64,000 nt of DNA from a phage, in sequence record PZ445429.1. One strand, 5' to 3'. The notes below the pieces were generated by a model. The model worked only from the letters and a program-made list of their open reading frames with translations, was not told the origin of the DNA and did not search any database. Below are positions 10,380 through 19,135 of this stretch, in pieces. Each line of letters begins with the position of its first letter. Position 1 is the first letter of the stretch. The position numbers and the translations under genes were made by a program.

Positions 10380-10676
10380 TTATCGGCCTACTGGAGAAGC
10401 ACGATCTAACTCTGACTGGAGGCTCGTCACACGGCGAACTTTCGCAACAGGAATGAAACGGAAGCTATCATTAGTACGAGAGAAAACGAGGATTTCATCT
10501 TCTTTCGGCTTACGGATGCGCTCACGTTTAATACGCTCAGCCAGGTATTTATCCTGAGCTGGATCAAATTCCATCGTACCCTGAAGGTACGTGGTTCCTT
10601 TCTGACGAAGTTTTTCGTAATGAAGATAAAACTCACCAAATTTTTCGCATTGAGCAATAATTTCAGCTTTATTCAT
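10380..10676 (-). CDS. hypothetical protein
   Basis: 98-aa ORF. Confidence 0.5.
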   Translation of the reverse strand: MNKAEIIAQCEKFGEFYLHYEKLRQKGTTYLQGTMEFDPAQDKYLAERIKRERIRKPKEDEILVFSRTNDSFRFIPVAKVRRVTSLQSELDRASPVGR

Positions 10677-10712
10677 AACTGTATTCCTTGTGTTGGTGGA
10701 TTTATCTAAGAA

Positions 10713-11123
10713 TTACTTAGTGATAGCTCGGATAGCTTCTGCCAGATGAGCAGCTGCTTTACCGGTCAGCTTGTCGATGATTGCGTCGTCCAGGAAGTCC
10801 GGGGCTAAGCCAGCATCAGAGAATGCAGAGCGAAGATCGGAGTGAGCCTGAGCTTTGGAAGTACGAGAACCACCAGAAGCTTTTTCTCCAGTAGATGCGC
10901 TTGATTTAGAAGTAGAGCCAGCAGCTTTCTTGATATACAGACCTGCTTTGGTCAGCTTCATACGGAAACCGTTCGGAGTTACACCATTTTCCTGAGCAAT
11001 TTCGCTAACAATTTCCATGCTAACGCCCGGACGCTCATCTTCTGGGAATTGCTCCATACGAGCAACGTAGTCGGAAGACATTTTTTCGAACAGTTCATCA
11101 GTCCACTGAGTTGGAGTAGTCAT
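10713..11123 (-). CDS. hypothetical protein sharing a repeat module with the 7029-7796 product
   Basis: 136-aa ORF, GC-richer codons. Confidence 0.5.
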   Translation of the reverse strand: MTTPTQWTDELFEKMSSDYVARMEQFPEDERPGVSMEIVSEIAQENGVTPNGFRMKLTKAGLYIKKAAGSTSKSSASTGEKASGGSRTSKAQAHSDLRSAFSDAGLAPDFLDDAIIDKLTGKAAAHLAEAIRAITK

Positions 11124-11230
11124 ATTTTTCGATTTCCTTAATTAAGAATTAAACAGAATAGTTCTTTCAAACTATGAGAATATTATATCAAGAATTACAG
11201 GATTAAGCAACTGAAATTTTTCAGTAACTG

Positions 11231-11485
11231 CTACACATCTAGTTCAACGATCTCCCAATCGTCGGCCAGAGCTTCGTCTAGAGTTAGCTCAGTGGTTTTC
11301 CACGATGCATCGTCTAGCGTGAGTTTAGTACGCCCATCTTTAGACCACCACCAAGTAAATTCTATAATGTCGTTATTATCAACATCTACTTTGATGATAG
11401 TGGTAGAATAAGTATTATTTTCCCAGCTATCTCGCTGGAGATATTTTACGTCTCCAGCTTTTAACAGATCAGTTAGTTTACTCAC
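11231..11485 (-). CDS. hypothetical protein
   Basis: 84-aa ORF. Confidence 0.45.
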   Translation of the reverse strand: MSKLTDLLKAGDVKYLQRDSWENNTYSTTIIKVDVDNNDIIEFTWWWSKDGRTKLTLDDASWKTTELTLDEALADDWEIVELDV

Positions 11486-12182
11486 GGCGTTTTCCTTTCT
11501 CTTTATCGAGTTTCAGTGCAGCTTTAACAGCTTCATTAACCAACGTGATAACTTCTTCACGGCTCCATTTAAAGCCAAGAGCTTTAACATCAACTCCCAG
11601 CTTTTCCAGATGTTTAACAGAAGCTAATTCGTAGTGCATATAGTGAACGTTCTGTTGTTTACCTTCTGATAACAACCAAACACGATAGCAACCAACTGGG
11701 TTAGTCATTGCTTTCTTGATTTCACCAATACACTGATAGCCAGGAACCCAAACAAGTTCACCAACTTCAAATTCCTCTGCCATTGCATCATCAGGAATCA
11801 ATGGAGGATTCAATGGATCAACAATATCATTTAAACGAAGCAGAGCACCGTAACGTTCTAGAACAGATTTAATCATCGCTACAGAACGATAATTACGATC
11901 AGCGATTTCTTCAAAAGAATCACCAGAAAGATACTGTTCAATTACGTTTGCAAGCTCAACACCTTCAATCAGTGTTCCGCGCTTCTTCTTTTTCATTTCC
12001 GCAACTTGAACCTGACGATCTCTCCATTCCTCGATCATTCGTTCCATAGTTGGGTTAGAAGAAACGCCGAGCATTTCACATGCTGCTTTCTTAGTACCAC
12101 CATTCTCTAGATGTTCAATAACCTTTTTAAAGGTTTCATCAGGGATTTCATGGATAAGTTTCTTTCTACGAGAACCAGCCAT
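11478..12182 (-). CDS. putative HTH DNA-binding protein
   Basis: 234 aa; HTH-like segment GGTKKAACEMLGVSSNPTMERMIEEW. Confidence 0.5.
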   Translation of the reverse strand: MAGSRRKKLIHEIPDETFKKVIEHLENGGTKKAACEMLGVSSNPTMERMIEEWRDRQVQVAEMKKKKRGTLIEGVELANVIEQYLSGDSFEEIADRNYRSVAMIKSVLERYGALLRLNDIVDPLNPPLIPDDAMAEEFEVGELVWVPGYQCIGEIKKAMTNPVGCYRVWLLSEGKQQNVHYMHYELASVKHLEKLGVDVKALGFKWSREEVITLVNEAVKAALKLDKEKGKRRE

Positions 12183-12250
12183 ATTTAAACTCCTCTCTCA
12201 AATTTATGAATCTATTATACAGAAAAATTTTTCTGAAAGCAAATAAATTT

Positions 12251-12484
12251 TTACGATTCTTTGAGCAAAGAAGCAAGTTCAGCATAGACTTTATCTAACT
12301 CAAAGCCAATGCGAAGAGACACACGAGTCTTCCGTTGTTTAAGTAACCATATGGAGACGTTAGGGATGCCAGCGAGACGAGGTGGTACAACCCTACATAG
12401 TTTCTCCGCAGTATCGTAAACAGAAGTTTTACGTTCTTTTACGGGAAACTTCCTTGTTTCCCACTTTTTATTCTTCGCTGTCAT
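12251..12484 (-). CDS. small hypothetical protein
   Basis: Internal ATG (MTAKNKK...) of track ORF 12251-12535; overlaps the end of the upstream large gene. Confidence 0.3.
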   Translation of the reverse strand: MTAKNKKWETRKFPVKERKTSVYDTAEKLCRVVPPRLAGIPNVSIWLLKQRKTRVSLRIGFELDKVYAELASLLKES

Positions 12485-15380
12485 TTCTAGCCCCCAATTC
12501 AGCAAGAGCTTCCTCATGCATCTGACGTTCTTCATCTGTCATAAACTTAACTGGAATCGGCATACATTCGATCTTACAGTAAGTTCTGTACCAGTCCACA
12601 ATCTTTTCCGTATCCAGATCTTTACCGATACCCATCATGCCAAGATACATACGAGCATATTTTGGGTTAGCGCTCTGACCTGTCTTAAGGAAGAAATCCT
12701 TCTTCTTATTCTTAAGAGCTTCGATAAACGGTTTGATTGTTACGTTTGAACACTTTTTAATATCTTCCCAGAACATGTCGTGCATCTTATGGAAGAATGC
12801 AGCTCTATCGTTTGGTTTATCCTTAATATACTGTTCAACGTGTTCCACTATTACATCTTTAATAGAATCCAGATGATAATAGCGAACCAGAAGTAACTTG
12901 GCTTCATAGGCATCTGCATGACGTGGTGCGCAATATTCAGGAGTTGAGTGCAAAATAGCTTTGATTCGCTCTTCTATATACTCTTTGCCTGCACCTTCGA
13001 TAGTTCCCCAGCTTTCGCTGAAAATATCGATAGTTGCACCCTGATCAAGCAGATAATAACGCAAAGTACTAGTATAGTTTCTAGATTCCAGCTCACGACG
13101 ACGTGCGTACAGTTGTTGGGCTAACTCAATCCAACCTTCGTCAATATTATATTGCTCGGAACCCGCAGAAAATCCACTCGTAGATTTATCAATAAAATAA
13201 TAAATGTTCTGAGCACCACGGTCGCGCCTGATTGCTTGGAAACGCATGTTTGGCGCTTGGTTTGAGGTTCTAGTGATTACGAATACGTTATCAAAATAGT
13301 TAAAGTCAACACCACTAGTTACAGATGGACTACATAACAAACAATCAATCTGTTGATCAATTAGCTCATTAGTTGTATAATCCAGAATACGTCGGATATC
13401 TATATCAGACGTAGAGTTTGAGTGAATTTCTTTAACCAACGCACCAGTATTACGACGTAACGCCATTCCCTTTTCATTCAGTTCATCTGGTCCACAGTCA
13501 GATACTAGGATTGACTTCTCACCCATCTCTAGAGATGTTTGAAGTGCAACCCAAATACTGGATTCGTCAGGGAATTCATAAGCGTGAGCTTTCGCCAGCA
13601 TTTTACGGTGATGATTATAGAATGCAACTGGTTTATCAAAATCAATCAAAGAACCATAGGCTTCAATCGTTTCTGCACTGATATCACCATCAGATAAGAT
13701 AACAGTTTTAGCAGTAATAAGGATATCACGAAGAACCTGAATACATTCACGACGGTTTTTAACAACCGGAGCGAATAACAGATCATTCATTACTGCGTCA
13801 CATTCATCAATAAAGATCGTATCAATCTGACCCACAAAGCTCTTGAACTTATGGATAGAGTGAATAGTTGAAGACATACGATCAATAGCACCACGTTTGA
13901 AGTTCAGCATATCAACTGACTTATCATACTGGCCAGCACCGAATTTCTTCGCGTTAGAAGATACAAGTGCCCTAGTATTTGTGATTGCAATAAAGTTTCC
14001 TGGAAGAACACCTGCATCTAGCCACTTAGTTACTGCTGTAGTTTTACCCGTACCAAGACTTGCCTTAACAAATGTTAAATGTCCTTTTGGGGGTACAATG
14101 TTAATTTTCAGGTACGGAACTTCTGGTGGAGAATCTGTGTCTAGACGTTTTAATGGTACACCTTTTAAGTTTGGTGGAATCTCACGTTTGGAGTTATTTA
14201 CAAAGGCTTTGAGAGCCTGCTTACGACCATTATTAAAGTAATCTTGAATATTACGACTATTATCTTTAGTCGCAATATACTCAGATAAAGCTGGTTTAAT
14301 CTCACGTTCTAACCACGTAAAGTCAACACCATCTTCTAACGCTCTGTGATAAAGTTTTGGGATAATACGCAGGTACACTCCATCCTCAGCTTCTTCTAGT
14401 TCGCTGATGGTTTCTTCCACTTTATCAGATGCAGCCTTCTTGCCTTTAATTTGATCAAGTAAGGAGTAGAACTCTTCTTTAAACTCACCTCTAGTTGTTT
14501 CAAAGTCAACTAGGTTATTAGGTAGATTCACCTTCGAACCCTTAACATATACAAGACGTGGTTTATTCTCCGCTTTAAACGGATCGACTATATCATCATC
14601 AAATAAGGGATCTGCGAAATAGTGAAGCTGAACAGAAGAATAATAAGCTAAGTCAGCAATATCAAAACCATACTTTTGCTTACTACTGTCATTGATAGAT
14701 GTAAATAAGAACTTTAACTGTCCCTGCGTTACCTTGACATTAGATTCTAGCATTAAGTGCATTCGGATACCTGGTTTTAATCCAGCCGAAGACGATGCAT
14801 GGGCAATAAACCCTGCATCAAGAGGAAACATATCCTCACTAATACTATTCAACATCTTAATAATATGACGTGCCATGCCAACAAGATTAAACTTGTCATA
14901 GCCACCAGTATCTACAATACCATCCACGTCCATAGCAATAATATGACTAGGATTGGATACATTAAAGTTTCCTCTGGTACGACGCACATTATCTTTTGGA
15001 GCTAAACATTTACCACGAATAGCTACAATATGCGGGTCTTTGGTAAGACGACGCATGATAGGTAACATTTCAGCAAGGTTTTGCGGGTCAAGTTCTTCAA
15101 GTACATCAAATTTGAAGGGCATGGAAGCTGGTTTACCTTCTGGATGCTCTTTAGAGAATCGCTTTGCAAAGGTGTAATCTTCCACTTTGATCTCTTTCCA
15201 GATGCCAGTGGCTTTATCTCTGGAAAATCCTGCGTGACCTTGTAGGATTGAGAACACAACAATACTCCTATGTTGGTTATTCGGATATCTTTCTTTAGGA
15301 CTATTCAAAAGAATAGAACAACTATTACTACCATTTACACAAACATTAATCATCATCAAGCAGTATGAATAAGTTATCAT
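12468..15380 (-). CDS. large P-loop NTPase, probable replication initiator/origin-binding helicase-like protein
   Basis: ~970-aa ORF; Walker A LGTGKTT, Walker B IFIDECD; true start may be the downstream GTG near 15257 preceded by AGGAG. Confidence 0.7.
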   Translation of the reverse strand: MITYSYCLMMINVCVNGSNSCSILLNSPKERYPNNQHRSIVVFSILQGHAGFSRDKATGIWKEIKVEDYTFAKRFSKEHPEGKPASMPFKFDVLEELDPQNLAEMLPIMRRLTKDPHIVAIRGKCLAPKDNVRRTRGNFNVSNPSHIIAMDVDGIVDTGGYDKFNLVGMARHIIKMLNSISEDMFPLDAGFIAHASSSAGLKPGIRMHLMLESNVKVTQGQLKFLFTSINDSSKQKYGFDIADLAYYSSVQLHYFADPLFDDDIVDPFKAENKPRLVYVKGSKVNLPNNLVDFETTRGEFKEEFYSLLDQIKGKKAASDKVEETISELEEAEDGVYLRIIPKLYHRALEDGVDFTWLEREIKPALSEYIATKDNSRNIQDYFNNGRKQALKAFVNNSKREIPPNLKGVPLKRLDTDSPPEVPYLKINIVPPKGHLTFVKASLGTGKTTAVTKWLDAGVLPGNFIAITNTRALVSSNAKKFGAGQYDKSVDMLNFKRGAIDRMSSTIHSIHKFKSFVGQIDTIFIDECDAVMNDLLFAPVVKNRRECIQVLRDILITAKTVILSDGDISAETIEAYGSLIDFDKPVAFYNHHRKMLAKAHAYEFPDESSIWVALQTSLEMGEKSILVSDCGPDELNEKGMALRRNTGALVKEIHSNSTSDIDIRRILDYTTNELIDQQIDCLLCSPSVTSGVDFNYFDNVFVITRTSNQAPNMRFQAIRRDRGAQNIYYFIDKSTSGFSAGSEQYNIDEGWIELAQQLYARRRELESRNYTSTLRYYLLDQGATIDIFSESWGTIEGAGKEYIEERIKAILHSTPEYCAPRHADAYEAKLLLVRYYHLDSIKDVIVEHVEQYIKDKPNDRAAFFHKMHDMFWEDIKKCSNVTIKPFIEALKNKKKDFFLKTGQSANPKYARMYLGMMGIGKDLDTEKIVDWYRTYCKIECMPIPVKFMTDEERQMHEEALAELGARNDSEE

Positions 15381-15753
15381 ACCTCAGTGCTGCGCTCTCT
15401 TAACTCTTATCCAGATCAGAACCTAGGTCATTGGCCGCTAAGCCGATTCTGATTGCCCTCACTATCCTATTGGTAGGTGGCTACTGGACGTGTCACCATT
15501 CGCTGCTCTTTTCGTTCGCACCCCCATATAAAACTCTGCCTATATAACGAGCTAAATATGCACGGTTTGGATTTACCTTTCCGAATTCAGGGTACGCAGA
15601 TCACTTAATTGATAATTAACTAATGCAGTATAAACACTAGTAATAGTTAAAACAACCCTTAATGGGGCAGCCTAACTGTTCCGTATTGCGGATTGTAAAC
15701 AAGAAAAATTAGCAAAATCAATTTTTACTAATGTCTCTCAATTCAATATAAAT

Positions 15754-15782
15754 ATTATATCAAGATTTTGAGCATCCTGCAA
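15754..15782 (-). promoter_or_regulatory. promoter-like element upstream of the ~970-aa gene
   Basis: Minus strand: TTGCAG, 17 bp, TATAAT; ~370-nt untranslated region before the ATG at 15380. Confidence 0.45.
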
Positions 15783-15820
15783 GTAAAATTTTTCCGAAGG
15801 TGCTATCAGTGTCTTTGAGC

Positions 15821-15850
15821 ACAGAGAAAACCGAGCCAAAATGACTCGGT
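15821..15850 (-). terminator. terminator-like hairpin (minus strand)
   Basis: ACCGAG...CTCGGT hairpin followed on minus strand by TTTTCTCTG. Confidence 0.5.
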
Positions 15851-15873
15851 AATCAGGATTGGACTAATGAAAA

Positions 15874-16269
15874 TCAATCATCATTTAGGCCTGGAACATA
15901 GATCCCAATGCGATTTAATTTACCTTTAGCTTCTTCGAGAATATCTTCGGTGTACTCCCAAATATCATCTTCTACTTGCAAAAGATAAGGGGATTCACCA
16001 GTTTCGGGGTCACGTGTAATGGCTAAGCCACGTGGATGGAATATAGAGAAGTTGAGGGCAACAATCAAGCCCATACTGGACAATTCATTCCAGTCAGCTT
16101 CCCAACCATCATCTTCATCTTCGTCCACAAAGACACCTACACTAGGGTCTGTTACAGAAGTAAACGGAAATGTTACACTAACCTTGTCAACCCCCAACCA
16201 ACGTGCAAGGAGCCCTTCAGCACGCTCTACCAAACTAGGATCTATCTGACGCCAAAATACTTGTTCCAT
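15874..16269 (-). CDS. hypothetical protein, tandem paralog A
   Basis: 131 aa; shares W.EL..MGL..ALN...F.P...GE.P...V...W.Y..E...KL.R.G.Y.PGL pattern with the next ORF. Confidence 0.5.
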   Translation of the reverse strand: MEQVFWRQIDPSLVERAEGLLARWLGVDKVSVTFPFTSVTDPSVGVFVDEDEDDGWEADWNELSSMGLIVALNFSIFHPRGLAITRDPETGESPYLLQVEDDIWEYTEDILEEAKGKLNRIGIYVPGLNDD

Positions 16270-16278
16270 TCTGCCTCC

Positions 16279-16707
16279 TTAAGCAGTTAAACCTGGGATC
16301 ATATACCCTAAACGACGAAGTTTCTGAATCCCCTCATTTACTTCTTCGGGCGAATATGACCAGCCCTCACGTTCATTTACCTGGAAAGCAGGAGCTTCAC
16401 CAGTGCGATAGTTTACAATAAGACGGTGATTTGCAGGCATAAACAGCTTATGGTTCAAGGCAAAAACCAGACCCATTTCATCGAGTTCTTTCCAGTCTAC
16501 AATTTCTTCTACTCCCTCACCTAAATCCACGCTAACTCCAATACATGGAGCTTCCTCTAGTGGGCCTTTAAAGGATAGGAAGATATCGTTATTCTCACAC
16601 CAAATCTTAAGCAGATTGATGGTTTCATTATACATACCATTAGGGAGAGAACGCCAGAAGTTGAGGAGCATAGGGTTTACCTCTTTCATGAAAAGATTAT
16701 CGAACAT
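16279..16707 (-). CDS. hypothetical protein, tandem paralog B
   Basis: 142 aa; paralog of 15874-16269. Confidence 0.5.
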   Translation of the reverse strand: MFDNLFMKEVNPMLLNFWRSLPNGMYNETINLLKIWCENNDIFLSFKGPLEEAPCIGVSVDLGEGVEEIVDWKELDEMGLVFALNHKLFMPANHRLIVNYRTGEAPAFQVNEREGWSYSPEEVNEGIQKLRRLGYMIPGLTA

Positions 16708-16709
16708 AT

Positions 16710-17249
16710 TTACACCTTAAGTTTCTGAAGAGCCTTACACATTTCAAGATCTGGACTAAACTCCAGCATATAGCTGATAGCATTTAAATCTTGAAGGTTT
16801 ATTCCAGTCCTGCCATTTACAATAACAGTAGGGAATTGGTACATCATAGCACCAGCATCATCTAGGACACACCAATGCTTGAGCTTATATTTTTCGACGA
16901 AACGTAAAACAGAATTACCCCGAGATAAACCACCTCCAGTAAAATCTGTTGTACCAAGGAAACGATCGATCAAACCGAGTCCGGTCATAATCTGAACGTT
17001 CTCCATTTCATTTCGTACAGAAAACCATGAAGAGACCCCAACAATCATTATTGGGGAGGGTTTAAGAAAGTTCTGAAAAGCCTGGAGTAATGGCTTATAA
17101 ACCCAATCACTGCCAAAGAACAGCTTTTCACTGTCTGGAGCATGATGGTGAGAGATGCTCGAATTGAGCACCCCATCAATATCCAGGAAAATCACAGGAG
17201 TATTACTTATTTCCACTAGTAGCATCCCACGTCCAGACTTTAACTTCAT
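16710..17249 (-). CDS. HAD-superfamily phosphatase-like protein
   Basis: 179 aa; HAD motif I VIFLDIDGVLN; start codon uncertain. Confidence 0.5.
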   Translation of the reverse strand: MKLKSGRGMLLVEISNTPVIFLDIDGVLNSSISHHHAPDSEKLFFGSDWVYKPLLQAFQNFLKPSPIMIVGVSSWFSVRNEMENVQIMTGLGLIDRFLGTTDFTGGGLSRGNSVLRFVEKYKLKHWCVLDDAGAMMYQFPTVIVNGRTGINLQDLNAISYMLEFSPDLEMCKALQKLKV

Positions 17250-17391
17250 CAGTAAAAGGAACCGGAACCTTCAATTCACCTTTACCCCACATAACAGATA
17301 GGAACAGAGAATAAATGGTAATCATACCGATTAGGTTGACAAACCATACTAGACCTTTCCAGATACCCTTAAAAATCTTCTTCACCATATT
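17203..17391 (-). CDS. small membrane protein
   Basis: Internal ATG preceded by AGGGAG; hydrophobic segment LIGMITIYSLFLSVMWG. Confidence 0.45.
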   Translation of the reverse strand, partial: NMVKKIFKGIWKGLVWFVNLIGMITIYSLFLSVMWGKGELKVPVPFTDEVKVWTWDATSGNK

Positions 17392-17551
17392 CTCCCTCCT
17401 TAATAAGGAACTCTTTCCATTCTGCTGTATCCTCATAGATAACGCAGAAATCATCACTCTTCCATGAGAAGTCATCGGTAGCAAATTCGAAACGGTAGCA
17501 CCAACTACCGTCCGGCCATACTAAAAGATCACACATGCTCTTGCGGTGCAT
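17369..17551 (-). CDS. hypothetical small protein
   Basis: 60-aa ORF overlapping both neighbours; weak. Confidence 0.3.
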   Translation of the reverse strand: MHRKSMCDLLVWPDGSWCYRFEFATDDFSWKSDDFCVIYEDTAEWKEFLIKEGEYGEEDF

Positions 17552-18380
17552 AAATAGTTCCTTCCATAAAGGCTTCTACTTGACCAATGAAATGCTTGTT
17601 ACCAAAAACTTCGGCAGCTCCAGCACGCCATACAGTAACACCACGTTTCTCATACTCAAGCTGTTCATCATAACGAACTTGAGGATTAACAACCATCATC
17701 TTAGTTCCACGACATACAGCAGGAAATAATTCCCAGTTGAAGTTGATAACTTGGTTGCTACAACCCACCACAATAACCATGTCATTGCTAGTAAGAGTAT
17801 CAAACAGGTTGATTTGACCCATGTACCACGGAGCCGTCTCACCAAAGAATGTTACGTTTGGTTTTACCCATTCGTAATCCTCAGGGGCAATCGCAGTATA
17901 CCCAACATCTTCGATGATTTGGTTGCGACCCTGACGATAGATCACCTCTTTCAAGTACCCGTGAGCGTGAATGATTTCATCACGAGGGATACCAGCACGT
18001 TCCAGAAGGTCATCAACGTTAGTAGTGAAGTTCTTCACGCTATCCGCACCATAACGCTGGAACCATTCTGCAATTCGCAGATGGGCAATGTTAGGCTCAA
18101 CAGTCTGTAATTCCTGACGACGCATGTTGTAGAACTCATGAGTCTTGAGATATAGATCGTTACCATCTTCATCAATGCCAGGGAAACGAGCACTGAAGTA
18201 GTTAGGATCATCTTCACCACAGAAGCGACGGAAGCCAGCTTCAAAGTTAGGCAAGCTACATACTTCCTCTAGATCGTACTCATCCCACAAGGATTTCCCA
18301 CTAGCAGTATCAGTACGGAATGCACGGATACCACTATCAACACTTAAACCAGCACCACTAACAACGATTAGTCTACGCAT
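17529..18380 (-). CDS. Sir2-family NAD-dependent protein (no canonical zinc ribbon seen)
   Basis: 283 aa; GAGLSVDSGIRAFR, TTNVDDLLERAG, HAHG, FFGE, VVGCS motifs; no CxxC...CxxC module. Confidence 0.75.
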   Translation of the reverse strand: MRRLIVVSGAGLSVDSGIRAFRTDTASGKSLWDEYDLEEVCSLPNFEAGFRRFCGEDDPNYFSARFPGIDEDGNDLYLKTHEFYNMRRQELQTVEPNIAHLRIAEWFQRYGADSVKNFTTNVDDLLERAGIPRDEIIHAHGYLKEVIYRQGRNQIIEDVGYTAIAPEDYEWVKPNVTFFGETAPWYMGQINLFDTLTSNDMVIVVGCSNQVINFNWELFPAVCRGTKMMVVNPQVRYDEQLEYEKRGVTVWRAGAAEVFGNKHFIGQVEAFMEGTIYAPQEHV

Positions 18381-18574
18381 TATACGATTCCTTGCTTGAA
18401 TCCTTCGATGATATTTTGGAGCAGAATTGCTTCTTCTGGGCGAACCTTCTCTTGCTTAATAAGCATATCCAAACCAGCAATACAGGTAGCTACTCCAGCA
18501 TTATACCCAGCATTCCACTGCTCCATGAGCATATTTTCTAAATTACTTTTTAGATTCTGATTCAAGAAGTCCAT
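18380..18574 (-). CDS. hypothetical small protein
   Basis: Internal ATG (MDFLNQ...) preceded by GGAGG. Confidence 0.4.
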   Translation of the reverse strand: MDFLNQNLKSNLENMLMEQWNAGYNAGVATCIAGLDMLIKQEKVRPEEAILLQNIIEGFKQGIV

Positions 18575-18746
18575 AAAGTTTTTCCTCCAATTCCATAATA
18601 CGATTTTCGTAAGAAGCACGCAGCTTCTCGATGGACAAAGCACGAACTGTAACTTCATCTGAATTGATCGCTAGCTGAGCTAGATCTTCTGTTTCCATAC
18701 GTCCGTTGTAAATTAAGCGATATTTGAGATGTTTTACGTTTTTCAT
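18543..18746 (-). CDS. hypothetical small protein
   Basis: 67-aa ORF, coiled-coil-like. Confidence 0.35.
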   Translation of the reverse strand: MKNVKHLKYRLIYNGRMETEDLAQLAINSDEVTVRALSIEKLRASYENRIMELEEKLYGLLESESKK

Positions 18747-18755
18747 TCTTGTTCC

Positions 18756-19037
18756 TTAGTTCTGTACTGTAAACTCATTCTTATCACAGTGAGCATAATA
18801 ATACCCATACATACGATAAATTTTCACAGCCTTAGTAGACCCCTTCGATTCTTCATAATCGATCCAGAGCCACTTGTCTTTACCTACATAATGTACCCGA
18901 AACTTCTTAACTTTCTTATCATTCCATGTTGCAACAACACGACGATAATCAAATCCGCCCAACCAATCTAGAGCCTTACGTTCTTCACTAGGCTCTCCAA
19001 GATGGGAAACATCTACTTTAGGAAGCAATTCGCTCAT
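18756..19037 (-). CDS. hypothetical protein
   Basis: 93-aa ORF. Confidence 0.5.
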   Translation of the reverse strand: MSELLPKVDVSHLGEPSEERKALDWLGGFDYRRVVATWNDKKVKKFRVHYVGKDKWLWIDYEESKGSTKAVKIYRMYGYYYAHCDKNEFTVQN

Positions 19038-19135
19038 AGCTTTCTCCTCTCAAATTTATAAATCAATTATACATAAGTTTTAGCTAGAAAGCAAATAAAA
19101 TAAAAGCCAGGTCGACTAGCAACCTGGCTGATTCA

